The notes beneath the pieces were generated by a model. That model made no database searches and was not told the origin of the DNA. It saw only the letters and a list, made by a program, of their open reading frames with translations. Made by a program: the position numbers and the translations under genes. 64,000 nt of DNA from a virus (lineage: Duplodnaviria; Heunggongvirae; Uroviricota; Caudoviricetes), in IMG/VR virus record IMGVR_UViG_3300028666_000024, positions 64,001 to 128,000 of that record. One strand, written 5' to 3'. Positions 47,484 to 55,819 of the stretch are shown in pieces. The first letter of the stretch is position 1; each line of letters opens with the position of its first letter.

Positions 47484-47903
47484 TTAATTGATAATTCCTA
47501 ACTGCAACTTCTTTAACTCAATGTAATTTCTGATACTTGTGGTAAATTTATCAATGGTTGTTATCGTTCCTTCGAGATATTCAACCTTCAATTCCTGACC
47601 TAAACACTGTCTGAGTTGAGCAAAATATTCTTTATCAAGCATCAGATAGGTTTCAATGTCTGTTTTAAACTTACCGATTTCGTGACCGTTAAAACCTTTC
47701 GTTCTGAGATTATGACCTTTTTCTGCTGCCATTTTATCCTTCAAAAGATTCATACTTCTAAGAATTTCAATCTCGTTTCGATACATGTTAAAGTATTTGC
47801 TCCTGAGTCTGCAAAAATATAGAGAACAATCAACCGCTGTTTCTGGTGTGAGTTGTAATTCTTTTTCAGCCATGTCTTTTATTTCTTGCAACGTAAAACT
47901 CAT
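47484..47903 (-). CDS. uvsY: Recombination mediator UvsY
   Basis: Helical 139 aa, SKY..Y, KTDIETYL..D, VEYLE.TI..I, IRNYIE; upstream of uvsW. Confidence 0.75.
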   Translation of the reverse strand: MSFTLQEIKDMAEKELQLTPETAVDCSLYFCRLRSKYFNMYRNEIEILRSMNLLKDKMAAEKGHNLRTKGFNGHEIGKFKTDIETYLMLDKEYFAQLRQCLGQELKVEYLEGTITTIDKFTTSIRNYIELKKLQLGIIN

Positions 47904-47947
47904 GAATACCTCGTTTGGTAAATTTGGATGTGAACTGAACCCAAAAG

Positions 47948-47955
47948 TATTTATA
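47948..47955 (-). promoter_or_regulatory. T4-type late promoter (uvsY-uvsW)
   Basis: Exact TATAAATA upstream of 47903. Confidence 0.7.
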
Positions 47956-48248
47956 CGTTTCAGTTATTGACTCTGCTTCAAAAAGATGGTAAGGTGAGTA
48001 GCCAGAGGTGTATCTTGTCGGCAGACTCACCCGGAGCGCCGCGCGATGTCAGTTTCAAATAACGGACTGTTTGACAATTGATGGACACAGTGTTTATTAA
48101 CTAGAAACAAATGAAGTCTAATTTTGTCAAAGCAGAATGGTGCCGTTTTTGTGACGAAGGAACAAAAACGTCAATACCTTGATAATATATAAACAACTTC
48201 AAAATATAAAGATATTGTTTTGATATTTGGTTATCATATCCAGTTATT

Positions 48249-48289
48249 TGTTTTAAAACACATATCTAGATATTAATCGCGCGCGCGCG
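48249..48289. other. Three adjacent 12-bp palindromes including (CG)6; candidate replication origin element
   Basis: TGTTTTAAAACA, ATATCTAGATAT and CGCGCGCGCGCG in a 540-bp non-coding strand switch. Confidence 0.45.
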
Positions 48290-48335
48290 TACTATATAAT
48301 ATATGAACTTGACAAATGAATATATTCTGTGAGTT

Positions 48336-48351
48336 TGTGAAATTTTTCACA
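48336..48351. promoter_or_regulatory. Perfect TGTGA-N6-TCACA (CRP/FNR-family-like) box
   Basis: TGTGAaattttTCACA upstream of the gp46 promoter. Confidence 0.45.
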
Positions 48352-48396
48352 ATCTTCGGTTCCTTCAAAATTCATCAAAAAGACATTAAAAAATCC

Positions 48397-48425
48397 TTGC
48401 ATTTTGAAAAATAAGATGGTATTAT
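48397..48425 (+). promoter_or_regulatory. Sigma70-type promoter, class B
   Basis: TTGCAT-17 nt-TATTAT with ATGG extended -10; recurs at 54762 and 58431. Confidence 0.7.
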
Positions 48426-48444
48426 TAAGGGTGAGGAAACGCAT

Positions 48445-50634
48445 ATGAAAATAAACATCAATAAAATCAGTCTTCAAAACTTCATGATATTCGGAAGTGA
48501 ATCAATTGATTTCACGTTTCGGCAAGGACTTCACCTGATTACCGGCAAGAACGGTTCAGGCAAATCATCTCTTCTCAACGAAGTTTTGTCATTTTGCTGG
48601 TATGGGAAGCCTTATCGAGAAATCAAAATAGAAAAACTTTTCAACAGAAAGAACAAGAAAAATTTAAAAACATATTCAGAATTCACGATAAACGACAGAG
48701 ACAAGTATGAAATTTCAAGAAATCTTCAACCAGATTCTTTTCAAATTACAAAAAACGGAGAGGATTTAAAAACTCTTTCGTCAAAAAAACTGAATCAAGA
48801 TGAAATTGACAAGATTATTGGTGCTGCTTATAATGTCTTCAAAAATGCAATATCTCTATCAATTTCTTACAATACTCCGTTCTTAAAACTCAAATCAGAA
48901 GAGAAGCGTAAATTAATTGATAATATGTTTTCATTAGCAATTATCGGGAAGATGCTTGCTAATGTTAAAAAACAACTCTCAGAAAAGACCAAAAAATTAG
49001 AACTTCTTATCAAGGACTATGAAAATCTTTATAATCACACCCTTTTGCTTCGAACCCAATGTGATGAATTCAAGGCACACAACAAGAAAATTGAAAATGA
49101 TAAACAAACAAAGATTAAAAATTGTGAAGAAAGTATTATAAATCTTAAAAATAATTTAAAAACTTTAGAATTTCATCTTGCCAAGAAAGACAGACGTAAA
49201 GATAGAATTCTGAAGGTTCTTTCAAAATTTGATTTAAAATTTATTGAAGATTTTAAGAAAAGTATTACTAATATAATTTTTGAAAATCAAACAAAAATAG
49301 CGGCAGAAAAGTCCCGTAAGGAATCTCTTGAGAAACATGTCAAGGATATTGGAGTAATCAAGACTACAATTGTTGATAAGAGTAAGGTTGCCGCAAAGAA
49401 TGCTTGGAGAATTAGTAGATTAGAATCTCTCAAGTTTAATGACAAAGAATTGAATGATAAAAATATTGAATTTGCAAAAGAATTTAATATCATTAAGTTT
49501 CAACGTGGAAGTAACAATGATAGAATTAAGTTTTTGAATGAAAATGAAATATGTCCCACCTGTAAAAATGTAATGACTGAGGAACATAGATATGAAGAAA
49601 TAAGAAAACTCAACAACGAAGAACTTATATTGATTGAACGGCAGAGAATCATAACTGTTGAAACAAATAAAATTTCAAAAATTCTTAATAAGATTTCTAA
49701 ACTTCAAAAACAACTTTTAAAAACATCTTCTGAAAACACTTTTATAGAACTTAATCTTAGAAATGATATTGAAAAACTTGATAAACTTCAGGAATTAATT
49801 GATAAGAGTAATAATGATTTCGGTGTTGATATATTAAATCTTCAAGATGATATAGACAAAGGCAAAATTAAATTACGAGAAATTGAAAAGAAATTAACAA
49901 AGATTAAAAATTTAAAAAATATTATTGCTGATGTAGAGTTAAAAATTATTCAAACAAATTATGAAATTAAAAATAATGAGAGTAATATAACTAAACTTCT
50001 TTCTGATCTTGATAATATTCAAAAGACAGATAACCAGATAGACCTGAAGAAACATGCAGCAAACTACGAGACCAAGAGAGAAGAGTTTGTTAAGATGAAG
50101 ACCGATAGAAAACTACTTGAGGGTGAGGTTGAGGATTTGAATGTTATGGTTGATGTCCTCTCTGATAAGGGTGCAAAATCTTATATCATAGACAAGTTAG
50201 TTCCTTTGTTCAATAAGAAGGTTAATGAGTATCTTGATATTTTTGAAATACCTGTTAAAATAATATTTGATAAATTTATGAATGCACAGATATATGATGT
50301 GTCTGGTGTGACTGAGGAAATCTCTTATTATAGCAACTCAGCCGGAGAACAGAAGAGAATAGACTTTGCAATAATGCTTTCTTTGATTGAAACTATGAAG
50401 ATTATATCCAACTGGAATTCAAATATTCTCTTGATTGATGAATTGCTTGATGGTTCTGTTGATGGAGAAGGTCTTGAGAAAATGGTTGTGACTTTGAAAC
50501 AATTGGCTGAGGATAAACAACTTGGAATATATCTGATTTCTCATAGGGTAGATAATAGTTTAGATAAATACTTTGGGGATAAGTTTGAAATATCACGGAC
50601 TGCAACAGGTTTTGGAAAGGTTGAAAAATTATGA
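48445..50634 (+). CDS. gp46: Rad50/SbcC-like recombination ATPase
   Basis: GKNGSGKSS, CPTC zinc hook, SAGEQKRIDFA signature, LLIDELLDGSVD. Confidence 0.92.
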   Translation: MKININKISLQNFMIFGSESIDFTFRQGLHLITGKNGSGKSSLLNEVLSFCWYGKPYREIKIEKLFNRKNKKNLKTYSEFTINDRDKYEISRNLQPDSFQITKNGEDLKTLSSKKLNQDEIDKIIGAAYNVFKNAISLSISYNTPFLKLKSEEKRKLIDNMFSLAIIGKMLANVKKQLSEKTKKLELLIKDYENLYNHTLLLRTQCDEFKAHNKKIENDKQTKIKNCEESIINLKNNLKTLEFHLAKKDRRKDRILKVLSKFDLKFIEDFKKSITNIIFENQTKIAAEKSRKESLEKHVKDIGVIKTTIVDKSKVAAKNAWRISRLESLKFNDKELNDKNIEFAKEFNIIKFQRGSNNDRIKFLNENEICPTCKNVMTEEHRYEEIRKLNNEELILIERQRIITVETNKISKILNKISKLQKQLLKTSSENTFIELNLRNDIEKLDKLQELIDKSNNDFGVDILNLQDDIDKGKIKLREIEKKLTKIKNLKNIIADVELKIIQTNYEIKNNESNITKLLSDLDNIQKTDNQIDLKKHAANYETKREEFVKMKTDRKLLEGEVEDLNVMVDVLSDKGAKSYIIDKLVPLFNKKVNEYLDIFEIPVKIIFDKFMNAQIYDVSGVTEEISYYSNSAGEQKRIDFAIMLSLIETMKIISNWNSNILLIDELLDGSVDGEGLEKMVVTLKQLAEDKQLGIYLISHRVDNSLDKYFGDKFEISRTATGFGKVEKL

Positions 50635-50809
50635 AAGTTGAACTTCAAAAGAACGGCCTTTTAATAACCTTTGAAACTGATTTTGAAAAAGAATTTTTAA
50701 AAGAAAATTTTTAATGGGTGAGAATTTGGTTGCACATATAAAAACTTCATTAAGTCCTGTTGATTTTATCGGGATTAAAATAAAATAAAATATAGCGAGG
50801 CATAAAGTA

Positions 50810-51214
50810 ATGGTAAAAAAAGAACGTTCAAATAACTATGTTGATAATAAGGTTTTCTATGCTCTACTTTTAGAATATTCTTTAACAAAATCTAAAAAAA
50901 CTCATAATGATATTGCAAAAATATTTTTAAAGATTGCAAATAATTTTTTAAATAGACCTAGATATATTAATCTTACAATTGACAGAAAAAATGAAATGGT
51001 AAGTGATGCTACTTGGTATATGTTAAAAGCTGTACCAAAATATAATCTTGAAGAGAAAAATCCACATGCATATTTTACCAAGGTTGCAGAGAATGCATTT
51101 CTCCAATATATAAATTCATATGTTAAGAGAGATAAAACATTCACAAGTCTTGAATATTTGTATGGTGAAGATTCTATCAAGAGTTCTGATAAATATGCAG
51201 AAAGTGAGAATTAA
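50810..51214 (+). CDS. gp55: Late sigma factor
   Basis: NNYVDNKVF, FLKIA, EMVSDA, NPHAYFT..A.NAFLQYI; consistent with the TATAAATA promoters. Confidence 0.88.
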   Translation: MVKKERSNNYVDNKVFYALLLEYSLTKSKKTHNDIAKIFLKIANNFLNRPRYINLTIDRKNEMVSDATWYMLKAVPKYNLEEKNPHAYFTKVAENAFLQYINSYVKRDKTFTSLEYLYGEDSIKSSDKYAESEN

Positions 51215-51215
51215 A

Positions 51216-51482
51216 ATGGATGATACTATCAATAACTACTTTGAATCACTTAAAAATAAAGAAATACAATCATATAAAAATAATTTAGAAAAACCAGAAG
51301 TTGTAGATAATAAAAGAAAATATATATCTGCTTTCGAATCATGGTGGGAAGATAATTACAAAGGTAAAATAGGAATTGATGAAGGAAGAATAAAAGAAAT
51401 TGTAGAGAAGACTTGGAAAGCTGGATATAAAGAAGGATATGAATGGGGTCAAGAACCAACTGGATTTGGAGGTGGGTGGTAA
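51216..51482 (+). CDS. Small protein with FE.WW..NY...W.AGY motif
   Basis: Start likely at ATG 51216. Confidence 0.55.
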   Translation: MDDTINNYFESLKNKEIQSYKNNLEKPEVVDNKRKYISAFESWWEDNYKGKIGIDEGRIKEIVEKTWKAGYKEGYEWGQEPTGFGGGW

Positions 51483-51620
51483 ATGGATTTTGAAACGTGG
51501 TGGAAAGAAAATTATGCTTCCAAGATGCCGGATTCAATAATAACTACTTCTTATAAAGAACTTGCAGAGGATGCTTGGTATGCAGGTTATGGAAGAAGAT
51601 GCGAAGAGGAGAATCAGTAA
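51483..51620 (+). CDS. 45-aa paralog of the upstream ORF (not in ORF track)
   Basis: MDFETWWKENY...KELAEDAWYAGY. Confidence 0.55.
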   Translation: MDFETWWKENYASKMPDSIITTSYKELAEDAWYAGYGRRCEEENQ

Positions 51621-52195
51621 TGATAAGAATTGGTCTTAGTGGAATACCGGGCAGTGGAAAGACTACATCAACAAGAGCAATATCATCAAAACTTAAAAAT
51701 GTTGAAGTTGTTTCTGAATATGCTCGAAGATATATTTCTAAACATGGAAATATTAATAGTATTTACGAACAGTTTAGGATACTTCAAAAGCAACTTGATT
51801 GGGAAAACTCAGTAACAAATGATAAATTAAAATATCTCATCACAGATTCACCAATTTTTTTAGGATTTATTTATTGCTCTGAACTTCCTAAAAGAGATTC
51901 AAAAGAGATTATGTTTTTCATAGATACTTTTAAACAGTTAGTAAAATTAAATTTTCCAATTCCGAGATATGATTTAATTATCCATCTGAATCCATCAAAG
52001 TCTCCAGTTAATGATGGAATCCGTGCTGAACATCAATTCAATTCTGAGTGGAGAAATAAAACAAATAATTTAATATTGTCAACTTATAATATTTTTCCTC
52101 CTAAAAAGCTAGTAATTATTGACAAGTATGATATTGATGAAATAGTTGAAAAATCTTTAGAAATTATAAAGGAGATAGAAAGTGGGGAAGAATAA
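51620..52195 (+). CDS. P-loop kinase, NadR/AAA_28-like
   Basis: IGLSGIPGSGKTT, VSEYARRY, ITDSPIF, YDLIIHL, DGIR; start overlaps the upstream stop (TAATG). Confidence 0.7.
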   Translation: MIRIGLSGIPGSGKTTSTRAISSKLKNVEVVSEYARRYISKHGNINSIYEQFRILQKQLDWENSVTNDKLKYLITDSPIFLGFIYCSELPKRDSKEIMFFIDTFKQLVKLNFPIPRYDLIIHLNPSKSPVNDGIRAEHQFNSEWRNKTNNLILSTYNIFPPKKLVIIDKYDIDEIVEKSLEIIKEIESGEE

Positions 52196-52299
52196 AAGGT
52201 AGTGATGGTTGGGAATATTTTGAAGTATCAGGATATAATACAGTTTTTAATAAAGAAAAAATATTTACAATTAACGTGAATTATTAAATAGGAGATTAA

Positions 52300-52449
52300 A
52301 TGGAAACCTTATTGGTTATTGGATTTTATATTTTCGTTTTTATTGCCGTTGGTAGTGGAATTTTCAAAGTTAAAAATGATGTTAAAAATTATTGTGAAGG
52401 TAATACTTTAGAAGAAGATTTGAAAGGTATTGATATATCTAATGAATAG
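52300..52449 (+). CDS. 49-aa single-TM protein (not in ORF track)
   Basis: AGGAG RBS; METLLVIGFYIFVFIAVGSG. Confidence 0.5.
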   Translation: METLLVIGFYIFVFIAVGSGIFKVKNDVKNYCEGNTLEEDLKGIDISNE

Positions 52450-53494
52450 TTCTCAAACCAATAATCAAATAGCTCTAATATCCGACATTCATTTTGGTGT
52501 CAGGAAAAATAGTGAATTATTTTTAAAAAGTCAAACTAAATTTTTCTACGAGCAATTCTTTCCATATCTTAAAGCAAATGGGATTGAAAAGATTTTGATT
52601 CTTGGAGATGTATTTGAAAGCAGGACTTCTATTGATGTTCGGATAGAGGAAGCTGCACTTGATTTTTTCAAGGAACCTTTTCAATTTGATATTCTTATTG
52701 GAAATCATGATTTGTATTATAACAATGACAATTCTACATCATCTTTGAAAATGCTTGAAAAATATGAAAATGTAAATATTATCAATGCTGTTACTTTGGA
52801 TAATGAAACAGGATTTGCTTATATTCCTTGGATTGTAGATAAAGATAAATTTCTCAGCGGTATTGAATCACATATGACATCTGATGTGTGTTTCGGGCAT
52901 TTTGATTTGTGTGGATTTAATATCCTTGGTAATCATATTTCAAAGAATTGGTTGACTCCAGAACATTTGAAAGGTTTCAAGAAAGTATATTCTGGACATT
53001 TTCACACAAAAAGTTGTCGTCAATATGGAAACACAACGGTTACTTATTTAGGTTGCCCTTACTGGTTGGATAGAAATGATAAGGGGCAGGAAAAAGGTTT
53101 TTATATTTTTAATACAGATACATATGAGGATAGATTTATTGAGAATACTGTTTCTTCGAGATTTATTGATATTAAGTATCCTGAACCAATCAACAAGGAT
53201 ATTATTAGAGACAACTTTATAGATGTATATGTCAAAGAGGATGATGTTAATTTAAATGAGATTGAGTTCAATAAATACTTAGCAGAAATTAATGCCTGTA
53301 ATCCAATTCGAAATGCAACCGTGGTAGTAGAGAAGAATAAAGATTATCTGAATAATGATGTTGAAATTGTTACAGAATCTAAAAGCATTATTGATCTTAT
53401 TAAAGATTTTGTAAACGTTCAGGAAAAAATTGAAAATAAAGAATCTTTAGTTGAAAAACTTTTTAAAATTTATGAAGAATGTTTGGAGGAATAG
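52442..53494 (+). CDS. gp47: Mre11/SbcD-like nuclease
   Basis: SDIHFG, LGDVF, IGNHDLYY, FGHF, SGHFH, YLGCPY. Confidence 0.92.
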   Translation: MNSSQTNNQIALISDIHFGVRKNSELFLKSQTKFFYEQFFPYLKANGIEKILILGDVFESRTSIDVRIEEAALDFFKEPFQFDILIGNHDLYYNNDNSTSSLKMLEKYENVNIINAVTLDNETGFAYIPWIVDKDKFLSGIESHMTSDVCFGHFDLCGFNILGNHISKNWLTPEHLKGFKKVYSGHFHTKSCRQYGNTTVTYLGCPYWLDRNDKGQEKGFYIFNTDTYEDRFIENTVSSRFIDIKYPEPINKDIIRDNFIDVYVKEDDVNLNEIEFNKYLAEINACNPIRNATVVVEKNKDYLNNDVEIVTESKSIIDLIKDFVNVQEKIENKESLVEKLFKIYEECLEE

Positions 53495-54742
53495 ATGTTA
53501 CCAACAAGTGATATGAAAATTTTTGAAGAACAGTTGAAAAATCCCAATATAGATTTTACTAATCAAAATGTAGAAGTTAAAAATAAACCTTCTAAAGTAA
53601 TGAAGGTAAATAAGAATATTGTAATAACATATCCGTGCGACAAGGGTGGTTGTTCATTCTATCGTGCAAATCAACCGTTTAATTACCTTAACTATATTTT
53701 TAAGGAAAATTTTGAAATTATTCAATCAAACCATCAAGCATTTATTTATCAAGAAGACATCCTTGCAAGAACAAGAATGATATTTTTCCAACGTGTGTTT
53801 TCTCCTTCAGCACTTCCGGGAATGAAATTATATAAAGAACTTCAAAAGAAGTATGGATTTAAAATCATCTTCGAACTTGATGATTTCATATGGAAAAATC
53901 TTGATAATCCACTTGAGGGTATTCCACCTTACAATCCGGGATACGAAGGTATTACAGACGATATAAGAAAAGCAACAAATGAGATAATGAGTATGTGTGA
54001 TCTCATTACGGTTTCTTCGGAGTTTATGGGAAATTATATCAGGGATGTTGTAGGTATAAAGGTTCCAATTGTCTTTATTAAAAATTCTGTTGCTCAATAT
54101 ATGTGGGGAACTAAGCGCAGACCACAGATAACAGAAAAGATAACTAAACCTAAAGTAATTTACACAGGATCTCCACTTCATTACTCAAACGGTGTAGTTC
54201 AAAAAAATGGTAAACTTTATTTTGATAAATCTAAACAACTACTTGGAGATTTTGAAATTTCTTGGGCTGAGTGGATTTTGAAGGCCGTTAAGGATGATAA
54301 GATTGAAATGTGTTTTATGGGTGGACTTCCATTTTTCCTTGAAGAGGTAAAAGACAAAATCAAAGTTATCAAATGGATTAATCCTTGGGTATATCATATT
54401 CCCATTCAAAGTTACCAACCTGATTTCTTTATCGGTCCTCTCTGCAAGAATCATTTCAATGCATCAAAATCCGATATTAAGATGATTGAAGCATTTGCCT
54501 CTGGTGGAGCGTTTGTAGGCACTGTTTTCTCAGGTGACTCTAACTACACCTCACCTTACGATACCGCCTTCCTGAAGCTCCCTGACACGGCTACGGTACA
54601 GGATATTGAAAGGTGTATTGAAGATGCTTGTGAACCAAATATATATAACGCCATAACTGAAAAACAGTATAATTTTATGTTATCTGAAGGTAGATATTTG
54701 GAGTCTGCTGCCGCTATTAAGATGTGGAGTTCGATATTATAA
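53495..54742 (+). CDS. GT-B-fold glycosyltransferase-like protein
   Basis: GGCSFYR..QP, IFFQR, FELDDFIW, DLITVSSEF, IGPL...FNASKSDIK.IE. Confidence 0.65.
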   Translation: MLPTSDMKIFEEQLKNPNIDFTNQNVEVKNKPSKVMKVNKNIVITYPCDKGGCSFYRANQPFNYLNYIFKENFEIIQSNHQAFIYQEDILARTRMIFFQRVFSPSALPGMKLYKELQKKYGFKIIFELDDFIWKNLDNPLEGIPPYNPGYEGITDDIRKATNEIMSMCDLITVSSEFMGNYIRDVVGIKVPIVFIKNSVAQYMWGTKRRPQITEKITKPKVIYTGSPLHYSNGVVQKNGKLYFDKSKQLLGDFEISWAEWILKAVKDDKIEMCFMGGLPFFLEEVKDKIKVIKWINPWVYHIPIQSYQPDFFIGPLCKNHFNASKSDIKMIEAFASGGAFVGTVFSGDSNYTSPYDTAFLKLPDTATVQDIERCIEDACEPNIYNAITEKQYNFMLSEGRYLESAAAIKMWSSIL

Positions 54743-54761
54743 ACCAAGGTGAAGATTTTTC

Positions 54762-54790
54762 TTGACTTCTCTATTTTAAAATGGTATTAT
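54762..54790 (+). promoter_or_regulatory. Sigma70-type promoter, class B
   Basis: TTGACT-17 nt-TATTAT, ATGG extended -10. Confidence 0.75.
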
Positions 54791-54844
54791 ATATGCAACA
54801 AAATCAGTTCAACCTTATGGATAAGATGAGAAAACAGGGACGAA

Positions 54845-55219
54845 ATGAAAAAACTGCCAGAAGAGGTTAAGATTTTTGACACTGTTTATCCGATACAATA
54901 CTTTGATTCTTATGAAGATGTAGATCCTGATAAAAATTCTGAAGATGATCTTGCTGGTTGTTATGATCCATCTACTACAACAATTAGAATTTGGCGTGGG
55001 GAAAGAAGCAGGACAGAAATCATGAAAATTATCCTTCATGAGGTTATCCATATTATAGGTGAAAAATTTAATGTTGAGATGCTTAGAAGTGACTCCCCGA
55101 AGAATGATTGTTTCGTTGATGTTTTAGCTATGGCGTTTAATACACTTCTTGTAGATAATCCAGAAGTTTTTAACTACGAAACCACCGTACAGACTGCGAT
55201 AGAGGAGATGACTGAATGA
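54845..55219 (+). CDS. Small HExxH zincin-like protein
   Basis: GCYD....TIRI, IILHEVIHII. Confidence 0.65.
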   Translation: MKKLPEEVKIFDTVYPIQYFDSYEDVDPDKNSEDDLAGCYDPSTTTIRIWRGERSRTEIMKIILHEVIHIIGEKFNVEMLRSDSPKNDCFVDVLAMAFNTLLVDNPEVFNYETTVQTAIEEMTE

Positions 55220-55596
55220 GTTTTTTCAAATCTGATACAGCAAAGAAGTATAAACTGAAAAGATGTCCCTTCTGTGGTAGTTATGAAATTCATTTTCAAG
55301 AGACGAGACGAGGTTATGTTGGGTGTAGTAAAGAAGATATAAAACTAATTGTAGAAAAAGATAGATTGTGGAATGTTTCATGTTTTGATTGTGATTGTGA
55401 AACTTTATCATATTCAAAAGATGATTTTGAAATGTGTTTTAAAGATTACTTTCCAACCTTTGAAGATCTTCTTGTAAAGGAATGGAATAGAAGGACTTCT
55501 CTTTTAAAAAGGATTATAGAATTTTTTCAATGGAACTGGAAAAATTACTATTATATAATTTATTATAAAATATTCAAAATTAAAGAGGAGAAATAA
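55216..55596 (+). CDS. Lar-like (restriction alleviation) Zn-ribbon protein
   Basis: LKRCPFCGS..VSCFDC..WNRR pattern. Confidence 0.55.
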   Translation: MSFFKSDTAKKYKLKRCPFCGSYEIHFQETRRGYVGCSKEDIKLIVEKDRLWNVSCFDCDCETLSYSKDDFEMCFKDYFPTFEDLLVKEWNRRTSLLKRIIEFFQWNWKNYYYIIYYKIFKIKEEK

Positions 55597-55817
55597 TGAT
55601 TATAAGCATGAGTCAAAAATACTGTGATAAGTGTAAGAAAATTACAGACCATAACTTTGATATCTGTTGTGAATGTAAAGAAAGAAATATTGCTAAAGCA
55701 AAGCAGAAATATGAAGATAATTGGAATAAAATGTCAGTTGATGAAAAGTTATTATATCTTAGAGATAGAATAGATGAAAAATCAAACAACACATCAATTT
55801 ACGACAGGTTATATTAA
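55596..55817 (+). CDS. Small Cys-rich protein
   Basis: CDKCK..CCEC. Confidence 0.55.
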   Translation: MIISMSQKYCDKCKKITDHNFDICCECKERNIAKAKQKYEDNWNKMSVDEKLLYLRDRIDEKSNNTSIYDRLY

Positions 55818-55819
55818 AA

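Noticed and set aside
50631-50714. 27-aa ORF after gp46
   Set aside because: Too short with no recognisable motif; cannot be supported
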